From contig CALGTS010000045.1 of the NCBI GenBank assembly GCA_937901925.1, positions 6,153 through 70,152 of the forward strand: DNA of 64,000 nucleotides, read 5' to 3'. A program made the translations under genes and the position numbers. Shown piece after piece: positions 45,014 through 54,659 of the stretch. The notes beneath the pieces are model-generated. The model saw only the letters and a list, made by a program, of their open reading frames with translations. It was not told where the DNA came from and searched no databases. The stretch's first letter is position 1. Each line of letters begins with the position of its first letter. The DNA comes from an uncultured Bacteroidales bacterium. GTDB lineage: Bacteria; Bacteroidota; Bacteroidia; Bacteroidales; WCHB1-69.

Positions 45014-46189
45014 TCAATAACTATAGTTTAAAACATCGATTTTAGAACGATTGTTAAAACTTACACGATTACCTTTGTTATCTTCAATATAGCCCGTTGC
45101 TACAAAACTTTTCTCTCGTACTACGCTTCGTGATGATGTTCTGTTGAAAATCGCATTGCGAGTTGTGGTGGCACTCAATCGTTTCAGTCGATATTTCTCA
45201 AAAGAGGTGTTCCCTAAAGTTAGAGAGTTTAATACCTGCAAATCTCCTTCTGAAAGTTTGTAACCAAAAGGAATGTTTACATTAATTTTTAATCTTTCTG
45301 AAAGATTTAAGATGCGGTAATTGTCACGACGAACTTCCAAAACTAGAGTTTGTGTCAATTTTATTACTCCCATAAGATTCCGCGTATTATTGTAGGTAAG
45401 AAGATAGCAATTTTTATTTTTTTGTGTTATTTTCCAATGTTTTACATCTTCATAATATCGAAAAAAAAGTTGTTCTAAGTCTAATGTCCACATCTCTTTA
45501 TGTAGGTTTGTCTCTTCGTTTCCGAAAGAGGCAAAACCTTTCTGTTCTTTCTTTGAAAAGGAGGAAATTTCTACCTGTTTCAGCGATTCTTTCAACGTCG
45601 GTTCAACATAACGTTTAAATTTTTCCACCTTCATATATACTGAATCACGACCTCTACCCAATCGGTTGGGATATTCTGTAATGGTACCAATGGCTTCCTC
45701 CATTAGTAGAACCTCTTTTCCTGTTCCTGTGGTCATATCAGAAACTACACTATATGTAATAGGTTTGTTTGGAAAATCAACTTTCAATTGGGAATAAACA
45801 CTCTCAAGAATTGTTCGTTTCTCTTTTTTACTGAACTTTTTCTGGTTTTGTGTTGGAGGTTCTACAGCGATAGTGTGCAGCATTACGGGCTGTGGTGTCA
45901 TCTTAACATCAATTTGCCGATTCTTCGCAAATGAGTTTATCTCAATCTGTTTTTGTTCATAACCTACTAATGAAAAAAGAAGAATGTCACGGTTTGAAAT
46001 CTCTACTTCTAAACTATAATTTCCTGATACATCAGTAATTGTGCCGTACATTGGCTGATTTTTCAAATAGACGGATACATATTGCAAAGGCTGTCCCTTT
46101 TCGTTGGTTACTTTTCCTGAGAGGGTAATTCCATAGGAAGATAACAGCGCTAAACTACAAAATAGCGTAAATAGAAATAACTTTTTCAT
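45014..46189 (-). CDS. hypothetical secreted protein with an N-terminal CarboxypepD_reg-like domain
   Basis: Signal peptide, then LSGKVTNEKGQPLQYVSVYLKNQP.YGTITDVSGNYSLEV......LLFSLVGYEQKQIEI. The remaining 280 aa are unassigned. Confidence 0.6.
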   Translation of the reverse strand: MKKLFLFTLFCSLALLSSYGITLSGKVTNEKGQPLQYVSVYLKNQPMYGTITDVSGNYSLEVEISNRDILLFSLVGYEQKQIEINSFAKNRQIDVKMTPQPVMLHTIAVEPPTQNQKKFSKKEKRTILESVYSQLKVDFPNKPITYSVVSDMTTGTGKEVLLMEEAIGTITEYPNRLGRGRDSVYMKVEKFKRYVEPTLKESLKQVEISSFSKKEQKGFASFGNEETNLHKEMWTLDLEQLFFRYYEDVKHWKITQKNKNCYLLTYNNTRNLMGVIKLTQTLVLEVRRDNYRILNLSERLKINVNIPFGYKLSEGDLQVLNSLTLGNTSFEKYRLKRLSATTTRNAIFNRTSSRSVVREKSFVATGYIEDNKGNRVSFNNRSKIDVLNYSY

Positions 46190-46282
46190 ACGTGCTTTTT
46201 ATTAATATCGTAAAAAACAGAATATTATTATAACACGTAACTATCGAGATGTTTTTGTAAAGGTAGGAATTTATTAAAAATC

Positions 46283-47134
46283 CTACTTTCGGTATTTTTC
46301 CATCCAGCTGATAATTTTGTAGGTCAGCACTGCCGCTAATGCGTCAGAGGCTTTACTATCAGGTAGTGGACAGAGTTCGACAACATCAAAAGCTACAACC
46401 TTTTTGGTTTGGAAAAGTAGTTCCAATAGGTCGATGAGGTCATACCAAAACAATCCTCCAGGGAGAGGTGTTCCTGTTGCTGGCAGTACAGAAGGGTCCA
46501 ATCCATCTAAGTCAATAGTAAGATACACATTGTCGTCCAATCTATTCATCACCTTTTGCATCCAATCTTTATCGTGGCGAATTTTATGTGCGTAAAACAG
46601 ATTTTCCTCTACTACAGCGTCCATCTCTTCGGTGCAGATACTTCGGATGCCGACCTGAACAACATTGGCAACCTCTTGTGCGCGGCGCATCACGCAAGCG
46701 TGGTTGTTTTTTGATCCGTGATATGATTCTCTTAAGTCAGCATGCGCATCTATTTGCAGAACGGAAAGGTTCTCAAATCTTTTGCTAACTGCTCGAATTG
46801 CACCGATAGAAACGGAGTGCTCGCCACCCAAAACGCCAATACTTTTCCCTCTTTGCAAAAAATGGGAAACTCGCTTATATACAGATTCAGCCATTGCCTC
46901 AGGAGAGGAAAAATCGTACAAATACTTGTCAGTATAAATACCAGCGGTATAAGCTTCTGTTTCAGTATTTACATCGTACAACTCAATACTATCCGATGCA
47001 TCAATAATAGCCTGAGGACCTTTATCTGCTCCTTTTTGGAAAGTACTAGTTGCATCGTAAGGAATAGGCAACAATACATATTGAGCATTTTCCTCTCTCG
47101 AGAATTGCTCGTCCATATCTAAAAAATATTCCAT
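46283..47134 (-). CDS. speB: agmatinase (arginase family)
   Basis: Mn-binding motifs LGGEHSVS, IDAHADLR and TIDLDGLDP. Confidence 0.85.
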   Translation of the reverse strand: MEYFLDMDEQFSREENAQYVLLPIPYDATSTFQKGADKGPQAIIDASDSIELYDVNTETEAYTAGIYTDKYLYDFSSPEAMAESVYKRVSHFLQRGKSIGVLGGEHSVSIGAIRAVSKRFENLSVLQIDAHADLRESYHGSKNNHACVMRRAQEVANVVQVGIRSICTEEMDAVVEENLFYAHKIRHDKDWMQKVMNRLDDNVYLTIDLDGLDPSVLPATGTPLPGGLFWYDLIDLLELLFQTKKVVAFDVVELCPLPDSKASDALAAVLTYKIISWMEKYRK

Positions 47135-48324
47135 TATCTCTTATTTTTGAAAGCAACAAAAGCGATGTAACCCAAACAAATTAATGTTACGATAAAGGCA
47201 TATTTAGGATTTACGTTAGCTGCAGCTCCTGTTGCCAATGGTACAATAGCTGCACCAACAATAGCAGTAACCATCAAACCAGAAATTTCATTGGACATTT
47301 GCGGTTTTCTATCAATAGCAATAGAGAAAATTAGTGGGAAGATGTTAGCAAAACCGATACCAATTAGCAAGAAACTCAACCAAGTCGTAATACTATTGTA
47401 AGGCATAAATAGGAAGAGATTTCCGATAACAGATATGATAAGTGTAATCCACAAGAAGTGATTAGGTTTGATAAATCTCAAAGTGATTCCACCTAATAAT
47501 CTACCGATGAAGAGTGAAACAATGAGTACAATATTTCCTACAGAAGATGGAATATTAGGGTTGTTTTCCAACAAGATAGATGGAATTCGGTTGAACATAG
47601 AAGCTTCTGCACCACAATAGAAGAAGATTCCGAAGAACATCATTAGTATGTATGGATCACCCAATGCTTTCATGCAGTTGGCAAGTGTGGTGGGTTGCTC
47701 ACCATCCATCTTTTTATTGGGTACAAAAACAATAACCAAAATCAATGTAATCAATAAGATAATAGCGAAAATAGGGAAGAGGATACGAAAACCGATGTTC
47801 ATGCTTTCACCATTTTCAGCAATTAATTTAAACCATTGATTATTAATTAAATGTATTGTCATTAAGGAGACAATCAAAGAGGTGGATAACGTTCCGATTG
47901 CTTTAATAGCTTGCGCAAAAGAGAGGTTGCTAGAGTATTTTCCTTCTGCAGAAACATCACGCATCAGCGGATTGCCCGCTACTTGCAAAATAGCAGCACC
48001 TGCACCCATTAGTAGAACAGCAACTAAAATGACAGGGAAATTAAATGCTACTATAGGAAGAATTGCACCTAAGAGAAAGAAAATTAAACCGATTGTAAGC
48101 ATCTTCTTTTTCCCAATTTTAGATTGTTGCACGCCCATTGGAATAGAAAGAACGCCAAACATAATCATTCCGGCAAAAGATACTAATGATGCAGCAAAAG
48201 GAGAGATGCCAAAAGCTTTTTCTACAACCGATACCAATTGACCCGCTGCATCGCCAAATCCCATAGCTAAGAAAACAAGAAAAATCGCAATTAACGATAG
48301 TTGACTTTGTGCTGTTTTATTCAT
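47134..48324 (-). CDS. MFS transporter (sugar/FucP-like)
   Basis: 396 aa with about 12 hydrophobic segments. Its stop overlaps the speB start by 1 nt. Confidence 0.75.
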   Translation of the reverse strand: MNKTAQSQLSLIAIFLVFLAMGFGDAAGQLVSVVEKAFGISPFAASLVSFAGMIMFGVLSIPMGVQQSKIGKKKMLTIGLIFFLLGAILPIVAFNFPVILVAVLLMGAGAAILQVAGNPLMRDVSAEGKYSSNLSFAQAIKAIGTLSTSLIVSLMTIHLINNQWFKLIAENGESMNIGFRILFPIFAIILLITLILVIVFVPNKKMDGEQPTTLANCMKALGDPYILMMFFGIFFYCGAEASMFNRIPSILLENNPNIPSSVGNIVLIVSLFIGRLLGGITLRFIKPNHFLWITLIISVIGNLFLFMPYNSITTWLSFLLIGIGFANIFPLIFSIAIDRKPQMSNEISGLMVTAIVGAAIVPLATGAAANVNPKYAFIVTLICLGYIAFVAFKNKR

Positions 48325-48340
48325 CTTGAAAATATTAAAT

Positions 48341-48733
48341 TTATATTTCTATGCTTTTCATTAATTTCGGATTAAAGGAGGAGTAGGATACTTTTACAGA
48401 AACGCCCGACAATTGTCCTCCCAATGCAGGATTTAATTTGGTTATCTGCAACTCGGCTGCTAAAATTTGAGGATATTCCTTTTTTAGCATGTCTAAAATG
48501 TTGTAACTGAGTCGTTCTACAGTATTTACAGAGGTTTTCATCACCTCTTTTATCTTTAGGTAAACTTCTCTGTAGTCCACCGCTTCTTTTACATCATCTT
48601 TAACGGCAACGGAGGCAATTTCACATTTGTAGGTTAAATCCACACGGAAACGGGCTCCGATGATGCGTTCCTCTTCAAAGCATCCGTGGTGCCCTAAAAA
48701 TTCCATACCTCGCAGTTGGAAAGTTCCTATCAT
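48341..48733 (-). CDS. folB: dihydroneopterin aldolase
   Basis: 130 aa. GHHGCFEEERIIGARFRVDL...DYREVY...ERLSYNI is the FolB pattern. Confidence 0.8.
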   Translation of the reverse strand: MIGTFQLRGMEFLGHHGCFEEERIIGARFRVDLTYKCEIASVAVKDDVKEAVDYREVYLKIKEVMKTSVNTVERLSYNILDMLKKEYPQILAAELQITKLNPALGGQLSGVSVKVSYSSFNPKLMKSIEI

Positions 48734-48744
48734 AAGATCCTTTT

Positions 48745-50550
48745 TTATTCGTTTTTCTTCATTCTCTTGCGCTCTGTTTCATCTAAAATAATCTTTCTTA
48801 AGCGTAGAGATTTTGGGGTGATTTCCAAATATTCATCTTTTCCAATTTGCTCCATATATTCCTCCAAAGATAATTTGATGGCAGGAGCTATTCTTACTTT
48901 TTCGTCAGAACCAGCAGCGCGCATATTGCTCAATTTCTTTGATTTACATACGTTTACTACCAAATCATCCTGACGGATATGTTCACCAATTACTTGACCA
49001 GCATAGACTTCTTCACCAGGTTCAATATAGAACGAGCCTCTATCTTGCAGTTTATCCACAGCGTATGCGTATGCAGTTCCTGTTTCCATTGCAATTAATG
49101 CGCCAGCATGACGCCCTGGTATATCTCCTTTCCAAGGTTGATATTCCAAAAGTTGGTGAGACATAATAGCTTCTCCTTCCGTAGCGGTGAGAATTTGATT
49201 TCTCAAACCTATAATACCACGAGATGGAATATGAAAATTCAAGTGAATTCTATCATTAAGTGTATCAACAGAGATTAAATCTCCCTTTTTTCGAGAAACA
49301 TAATCGATAACACGACTTTGGAAATTTTCGGGTACCAAAACGGTTAATAATTCTATTGGCTCGCAAAGTTGACCATCAATTTCTTTTGTAATTACCTTAG
49401 GCTGACCTACTTGTAATTCGTATCCTTCGCGTCTCATTGTTTCAACTAAGATTGAAAGGTGAAGAATTCCACGACCATATACGTTTAACATTTCAGGAGA
49501 ACCAGTTTCTTCAATGCTCATTGCTAAGTTTTTCTCCAATTCAGCAAATAATCTTTCACGAACGTGGCGTGAGGTTACATACTTGCCTTCTCTTCCGAAG
49601 AAAGGAGAGTTGTTGATAGTGAACAACATACTCATCGTGGGTTCATCTACCTTGATAGGTGGAAGTTGTTCTGGATTTTCAAAATCTGCTACAGTATCGC
49701 CAATTTCAAAATTGTCAAGACCTAAAATTGCACAGATTTCACCTGGATAAATGGTTGATTTCATCTTCTCTTTTCCCAAACCTTCAAAAACATAAAGTTC
49801 TTTAATTTTAGAAGGAACAATGGAACCATCACGTTTTACGAGAGATACATTTTGTCCCCATTCTAAAGTTCCACGTTTCAATCTTCCCACTGCAATTCTA
49901 CCTACGTATGAAGAGTAATCCAAAGAGGAGATCATCATCTGAAGGGTTCCTTCATCTGCCTTAGGTTCAGGAATATATTTGATGATGGTATCTAAAAGAT
50001 AACTAATATCGTGGGTTGGAGTTTTCCAATCTGGTCCCATCCAACCCTCCTTTGCAGAGCCATAAACAGTTGGAAAATCCAATTGGTCGTCGTTAGCACC
50101 TAAATTGAACATAAGTTCAAAAACGGCTTCTTGGGTATATTCTGGATTACAATTGGGTTTGTCAACTTTATTGATAACCACAATTGGTTTAAGTCCTAAT
50201 TCTATAGCTTTTTGTGTTACAAAACGGGTTTGTGGCATTGGACCTTCAAAAGCATCAACAACCAAAAGTACGCCATCAGCCATATTCAATACACGTTCTA
50301 CTTCACCACCAAAATCGCTGTGGCCGGGAGTATCTATCACGTTGATTTTATAGTCATTGTATCTTACAGAAACATTCTTTGATAAGATTGTAATTCCTCT
50401 TTCGCGCTCCAAATCATTATTATCAAGCACTAACTCTTGAACTTGTTGATTAGAGCGGAAAAGATTGGATTGATATAAGATTCTATCCACTAATGTGGTT
50501 TTTCCATGGTCAACGTGCGCAATAATTGCGATATTTCTAATTTTTTGCAT
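48745..50550 (-). CDS. typA: translational GTPase TypA/BipA
   Basis: G1 AHVDHGKTTL, G3 DTPGHSDFGGEV, G4 NKVD; 601 aa with a BipA-type C-terminal domain. Confidence 0.95.
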   Translation of the reverse strand: MQKIRNIAIIAHVDHGKTTLVDRILYQSNLFRSNQQVQELVLDNNDLERERGITILSKNVSVRYNDYKINVIDTPGHSDFGGEVERVLNMADGVLLVVDAFEGPMPQTRFVTQKAIELGLKPIVVINKVDKPNCNPEYTQEAVFELMFNLGANDDQLDFPTVYGSAKEGWMGPDWKTPTHDISYLLDTIIKYIPEPKADEGTLQMMISSLDYSSYVGRIAVGRLKRGTLEWGQNVSLVKRDGSIVPSKIKELYVFEGLGKEKMKSTIYPGEICAILGLDNFEIGDTVADFENPEQLPPIKVDEPTMSMLFTINNSPFFGREGKYVTSRHVRERLFAELEKNLAMSIEETGSPEMLNVYGRGILHLSILVETMRREGYELQVGQPKVITKEIDGQLCEPIELLTVLVPENFQSRVIDYVSRKKGDLISVDTLNDRIHLNFHIPSRGIIGLRNQILTATEGEAIMSHQLLEYQPWKGDIPGRHAGALIAMETGTAYAYAVDKLQDRGSFYIEPGEEVYAGQVIGEHIRQDDLVVNVCKSKKLSNMRAAGSDEKVRIAPAIKLSLEEYMEQIGKDEYLEITPKSLRLRKIILDETERKRMKKNE

Positions 50551-50555
50551 TTTAT

Positions 50556-50563
50556 CAAATTTA
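50556..50563 (-). promoter_or_regulatory. Bacteroidota -7 promoter-like motif very close to the typA start
   Basis: TAAATTTG on the minus strand, ending only 6 nt before the ATG at 50550. If it is used, the mRNA would be leaderless or nearly so. Confidence 0.3.
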
Positions 50564-50577
50564 TTCTACATTAATAA

Positions 50578-50602
50578 CATCAGAAGGTAAAACCATCTGA
50601 TG
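50578..50602 (-). terminator. hairpin / terminator candidate after the DUF3098 gene
   Basis: catcaga-aggtaaaacca-tctgatg, a 7-bp stem. On the minus strand it is followed by the T-rich ttattaatg. Confidence 0.4.
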
Positions 50603-50644
50603 AGAATTTTCTAAGAAAAAGATAAAAAGAAACGATGTAATAAT

Positions 50645-50932
50645 CTATTCTTTATCTTCGTTTTTTTTAGCTTTCGGATGATACATAATCGCGAAAATTT
50701 CAATAACGAAACCGATAACCATTAAAAGAGGTGCTACTCGTAATCTTCTAACATTAAATATTTCAGGATTGAATACTTCAGGATTTTCGGAACCACCCCC
50801 TATCAAAAGAATATAACCTAAGGCAAGTATAACTACACCCACAATCATCAAAATGTAATTAACTTTTCTAAAAAGTGGAACTTTGGTTTTATCGGAATTA
50901 TTTTTTTCGTTGTAAGATAATAATTTTGCCAT
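50645..50932 (-). CDS. DUF3098 family small membrane protein
   Basis: 95 aa with two TM helices (NYILMIVGVVILALGYILLIGG; APLLMVIGFVIEIFAIM). It lies directly downstream of ftsX, as in many Bacteroidota. Confidence 0.7.
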   Translation of the reverse strand: MAKLLSYNEKNNSDKTKVPLFRKVNYILMIVGVVILALGYILLIGGGSENPEVFNPEIFNVRRLRVAPLLMVIGFVIEIFAIMYHPKAKKNEDKE

Positions 50933-50937
50933 AAAAA

Positions 50938-51822
50938 TTATAGATAAAGTCTGTCAGTATTTATTTTAATGTATTTATTAACGGAGTATAGAGATACCAA
51001 GATAGTAAATAGGATTGAAAGCAAGAAAATTCCTGCCAAAAGAATTGAAATTTCTAAAATATAGTCGAAATTAACCATTATAGGAATATGAATATTTCCC
51101 AAATAGAGGAGGCCAGCTAGCATAATAATAGCAAGAATTCCACCCAAAACTCCTTGAACAAAACCTTTAAAAACGAAAGGACGGCGAACAAATCCTTTGG
51201 TTGCACCTACTAACATCATACTACGGATTCCAAATCTTTTAGCATAGATTTGTAAACGTATATAATTTGCAATCAATATCATAGATATAATCATAAAGAT
51301 AGCACAGATAATAAAAATGATGATTTGTACCTTCATGAAATTATTCAGTACGCTTTTTACGATAGAGTCGGGATACTCAATATCTTTCACTTCAGAATTT
51401 TTCATAACATCACGTTCAATCACTGCCAAAGAATCGCTATTAGCATATTCAGGAGTTACACTAAAGATGATTGTAGCGTTAATAGGATTAGGAATAACTT
51501 CTGTAAAGTCATTGCCAAGAATTTTTTTAGCTATTTCTGTATTTTCACTTTTTGAGGAGAAGCGTGAAGCAGCCACATAATGTTTCATCTTGAGTTGTTG
51601 CTCGTATGCCATTACATCGGCTTCGCGAACTTCAGAATAGAAAAGTACTTCTACCTCAATTTTTTTCGATAAATCTTGAATATATTTTGTTGAGAAAAAT
51701 GCTACATATACCAAAATACCGATAAAGAAAATAGTAATTGCGATACTAAAAACCGACCACGCTGCAGAAAAGGCGATGCGTGCGCGTGTAATTCTATCTA
51801 TGGAATCCGGATATTTACTCAT
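50938..51822 (-). CDS. ftsX: cell division permease-like protein FtsX
   Basis: 294 aa: TM1, a roughly 110-aa extracytoplasmic domain, then three C-terminal TM helices with the FtsX-like motif (MMLVGATKGFVRRPF). Confidence 0.85.
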   Translation of the reverse strand: MSKYPDSIDRITRARIAFSAAWSVFSIAITIFFIGILVYVAFFSTKYIQDLSKKIEVEVLFYSEVREADVMAYEQQLKMKHYVAASRFSSKSENTEIAKKILGNDFTEVIPNPINATIIFSVTPEYANSDSLAVIERDVMKNSEVKDIEYPDSIVKSVLNNFMKVQIIIFIICAIFMIISMILIANYIRLQIYAKRFGIRSMMLVGATKGFVRRPFVFKGFVQGVLGGILAIIMLAGLLYLGNIHIPIMVNFDYILEISILLAGIFLLSILFTILVSLYSVNKYIKINTDRLYL

Positions 51823-51835
51823 TGTGTATCAAAAA

Positions 51836-52765
51836 TTAGCGAAGATTGAGAATAGTTTCTCCTAACATAATATCGTCAGTAAATACTTGAATTGAGTAAC
51901 TACCTTTGATAGCCTTATCCTTATCTTTAAGATCCCAAACTAAGGAGCAGGAGTGTGCGGACCCATCGAAATTAACCGTTTGTTTAACAGTATATTGCAA
52001 GCGTTCGCCATTATGAATAAAGGAGTAAGCATCACCAGCGCCCGATGTAATGATTCTGCCAGTTCCAGGAATGGCAATGCGGCAATATACATTTACAGGA
52101 CCCGCTGGAATTAAACTATTTTCACTCAAAATGAAAGTAGTTTTGAGACTTTCTACGCGAGATGCCTTTTCAGTAATTACCTCTTCGCCATTGTTTTTGT
52201 GATATACTCCGCGACAACTAATGTTATATGCTTTATGAACAGCTGCAGTATTGATTTTGTCGGTTAATGCCTTATTGCTTTCTTGAACTTCGGCATATTG
52301 CTGTTGAGATTGAGCTAAATTTTCTTTTACTTTGATGTTTTCCTCTTTCAACAATTTATTTTCAGTATAAAGTTGATCGATTTGGTCAACATATTCTTTA
52401 GCGATATTTTGCAAGCGTAGTAATTGCTTTCTAATTTTTCTTGTATCTTCTTGTGCAGCAATTAACTTTTCAATTTCTGCAGCATTGGCAAGGATGATAC
52501 TATCTTTTTCAGAAAGTTGGGAAGTGAGATCTCCATATTCTTGTTTAATCTTTTCGTGGTCTGCCAACAAGTTGTCTAGCTCAGTTTGTAAACAAGCATT
52601 TTGTTGTTCAACTTCTTGAAACTCTGTATTTAGTACAGGTTTACCAATGAATCCAAAGTAGATCGTTGTTGCGAAAAAGATTCCTGCAAGAACACCTAAA
52701 AGAATGACCCATTTTTGCAATGGGTTTTTTTCTGATTTTTGCTGATTAGTTCCTCTTATTTCCAT
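51836..52765 (-). CDS. hypothetical bitopic membrane protein: TM + about 150-aa coiled coil + beta-rich C-terminal domain
   Basis: The ATG at 52765 (MEIRGTNQQ) lies downstream of a TATTTTTG motif. TM helix WVILLGVLAGIFFATTIYFGFIG. Heptad-rich region LQTELDNLLADHEKIKQEYGDL...LKEENIKVKENLAQSQQQYAEVQ. No recognisable family. Confidence 0.55.
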   Translation of the reverse strand: MEIRGTNQQKSEKNPLQKWVILLGVLAGIFFATTIYFGFIGKPVLNTEFQEVEQQNACLQTELDNLLADHEKIKQEYGDLTSQLSEKDSIILANAAEIEKLIAAQEDTRKIRKQLLRLQNIAKEYVDQIDQLYTENKLLKEENIKVKENLAQSQQQYAEVQESNKALTDKINTAAVHKAYNISCRGVYHKNNGEEVITEKASRVESLKTTFILSENSLIPAGPVNVYCRIAIPGTGRIITSGAGDAYSFIHNGERLQYTVKQTVNFDGSAHSCSLVWDLKDKDKAIKGSYSIQVFTDDIMLGETILNLR

Positions 52766-52774
52766 ATTATTTTG

Positions 52775-52782
52775 TATTTTTG
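52775..52782 (+). promoter_or_regulatory. Bacteroidota -7 promoter motif (TAnnTTTG)
   Basis: TATTTTTG, 48 nt upstream of the comF-like GTG at 52830. Confidence 0.4.
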
Positions 52783-52802
52783 TTTCCTTAAAATATAATC
52801 TG

Positions 52803-52810
52803 CAAAAATA
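52803..52810 (-). promoter_or_regulatory. Bacteroidota -7 promoter motif (TAnnTTTG)
   Basis: TATTTTTG on the minus strand, 38 nt upstream of the ATG at 52765. Confidence 0.5.
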
Positions 52811-52829
52811 ACAATAATATTGTAATCTC

Positions 52830-53528
52830 GTGAAAAAAAACTGCACTTTCTTACAAAATTTACTATCATTATTCTATCCTCGTCTCTGCTTAAATTGTAA
52901 AACACCCCTTCATGAAAGGGAAGAGTTTTTTTGCATGGAATGTTCACATAATCTTCCAGAAACAAAATATCATTTGCAAGAGTCTAATCCGTTAGATCAA
53001 ATTTTTATAGGTCGGGTTTCTGTTTATAACACTTTTTCCTATCTTTTTTTTCGTAAAGGGACATCTACCCAAGCCATTTTACATGCATTGAAATATCGTG
53101 GTAATAAGGAAATTGGTGAGTTTTTGGGTTATCGTTACGGACAACAATTGAGAGAATCAGGAGTGTTTCAAGATATAGATTTAATTATTCCGATTCCATT
53201 ACATCCCCGAAAGGAGAAAAAACGTGGATATAATCAAAGTGAATGGATTGCCAAAGGGTTGAGTAAGGCGTTGGGTATTGAATATAATACAACATTTCTT
53301 TTTCGCAAAACTTTTACGGATACTCAAACGAAAAAGGCTCGTTTTAATAGATGGGAGAATGTAAAAGAGGTTTTTGAGATAAAAAATTGTGAGATTTTAG
53401 AAGGAAAGCACATTCTACTTTGCGATGATGTTTTGACAACGGGTGCAACAATGGAGGCTGCTATTCAACAATTTATAGGTATAAAAGATGTTAAAATCTC
53501 GGTGGTTACTTTAGCTGTAGCGCATTAA
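52830..53528 (+). CDS. comF: ComF-family phosphoribosyltransferase-domain protein
   Basis: N-terminal CLNC...CMEC zinc-ribbon-like pairs and the C-terminal PRTase motif ILLCDDVLTTGAT. GTG start. Confidence 0.75.
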   Translation: MKKNCTFLQNLLSLFYPRLCLNCKTPLHEREEFFCMECSHNLPETKYHLQESNPLDQIFIGRVSVYNTFSYLFFRKGTSTQAILHALKYRGNKEIGEFLGYRYGQQLRESGVFQDIDLIIPIPLHPRKEKKRGYNQSEWIAKGLSKALGIEYNTTFLFRKTFTDTQTKKARFNRWENVKEVFEIKNCEILEGKHILLCDDVLTTGATMEAAIQQFIGIKDVKISVVTLAVAH

Positions 53529-54078
53529 ATATTCGCTTATTGAAGATAATCATCAATACGATACCCACAGTTACGCAACTATCAGCAATATTAAAAATTG
53601 CAGGGAAAAAATAGGAACCACCCCACAGTGGAAACCATTCTGGAATAGGGAAGAGGTGAAAGTAGAACATATCTACAACTTTTCCAAACATAAAGGGGGC
53701 GTAGTCAAAAATGACACCGTAAAATAGGGAATCAATAATATTGCCAAGAGCACCAGCAATGATAAGAGAAAATGTAAGCGCAATAGGAAGATCTATCGTC
53801 TTATTTTTAAAGAGTTTATAGAAATAGTAACCCATAAATCCTACTACAATAATTCGGACAAATGAGAGTAGAAATTTGCCAAACTTAGCACCTAATGACA
53901 TTCCGAATGCCATTCCCTCATTTTCTATGAAATATAGTTGGAACCACGAACCTATCAAATGGATATGTTCACCTAATTCCATATTTGTTTTAACCCAAAT
54001 TTTCAGGATTTGATCAAGGATAATAAAGATAAGGATAACGCTCGCAGAAAAAATAGCGAGTTTTCGATTAGCATTCAC
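53506..54078 (-). CDS. lspA: lipoprotein signal peptidase (signal peptidase II)
   Basis: ILDQILKIWV, NEGMAFG, GALGNIIDS and FNIADS motifs. GTG start at 54078; there is no in-frame ATG near the N-terminus. Confidence 0.85.
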   Translation of the reverse strand: MNANRKLAIFSASVILIFIILDQILKIWVKTNMELGEHIHLIGSWFQLYFIENEGMAFGMSLGAKFGKFLLSFVRIIVVGFMGYYFYKLFKNKTIDLPIALTFSLIIAGALGNIIDSLFYGVIFDYAPFMFGKVVDMFYFHLFPIPEWFPLWGGSYFFPAIFNIADSCVTVGIVLMIIFNKRIFNALQLK

Positions 54079-54087
54079 TCGGCAAGA

Positions 54088-54471
54088 TTATTTTTTTTCG
54101 TTGAGTTTAGCATCTACACTTAAGGTTGCGTGAGGAACACTGCGTAATCTTTCTTTAGGTATTAATTTACCAGTTATACGGCAAATACCATAGGTTTTAT
54201 TTTCAATACGTACTAAAGCAGCTTCTAAGTTTTGAATATATTTGTTCAAACGAGCTGCTAAACGACTGTTTTCCTCTTTTGACAATACTTGGTTTCCATC
54301 TTCTAAATTTTTGAATGTAGGAGCGGTATCCATGGTATCGTTTCCTGCATTGCTATAGGCATCAAGATAGATTTCAAGTCCCTTCTTAGCCTCTGCAATT
54401 TTTTCTAAAATCAAAATGCGGAATTCCTCCAATTCTTCATCAGAATATCTGTTTACTTCTTGTTCTGCCAT
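54088..54471 (-). CDS. DksA/TraR-family protein
   Basis: 127 aa with a coiled-coil N-terminal part and C-terminal ...IENKTYGICRITGKLIPKERLRSVPHATLSV, the Bacteroidota DksA/TraR type upstream of lspA. Confidence 0.7.
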   Translation of the reverse strand: MAEQEVNRYSDEELEEFRILILEKIAEAKKGLEIYLDAYSNAGNDTMDTAPTFKNLEDGNQVLSKEENSRLAARLNKYIQNLEAALVRIENKTYGICRITGKLIPKERLRSVPHATLSVDAKLNEKK

Positions 54472-54497
54472 AGTAATTTTTCTTTTTTTATTGTGTG

Positions 54498-54505
54498 CAA
54501 AAATA
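54498..54505 (-). promoter_or_regulatory. Bacteroidota -7 promoter motif (TAnnTTTG)
   Basis: TATTTTTG on the minus strand, 27 nt upstream of the ATG at 54471. Confidence 0.5.
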
Positions 54506-54628
54506 TGAAAAAAAGGAATATAGACTCTTCAATCTTTTGTAAAAATATAGACAAACTATTTTTTTGATGATTTTCAGCAATTGGCAATAGTTTTACAAGC
54601 CTAAACATAAAAGTTTTCAACAATAATG

Positions 54629-54659
54629 AAAAAAAAAAGAGGCGTTTGGCCTCTCTTTT
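54629..54659 (-). terminator. rho-independent terminator after the ferredoxin gene
   Basis: On the minus strand: GAGGC-caaac-GCCTC followed by a run of 10 T, directly after the stop codon. Confidence 0.8.

Noticed and set aside
46265-46290. Hairpin gtagga…tcctac overlapping the speB stop codon as a terminator
   Set aside because: No T-run follows it on the minus strand, and the stem is short with a 12-nt AT loop. The support is weak.
53506-53528. Convergent gene pairs whose 3' ends overlap or abut (22929-22932, 53506-53528, 56051-56058, 63633-63636, 36223/36224, 13017/13021)
   Set aside because: This is a consistent sign of genome compaction. No hairpins or conserved elements were visible at the junctions, so it is not a discrete feature.
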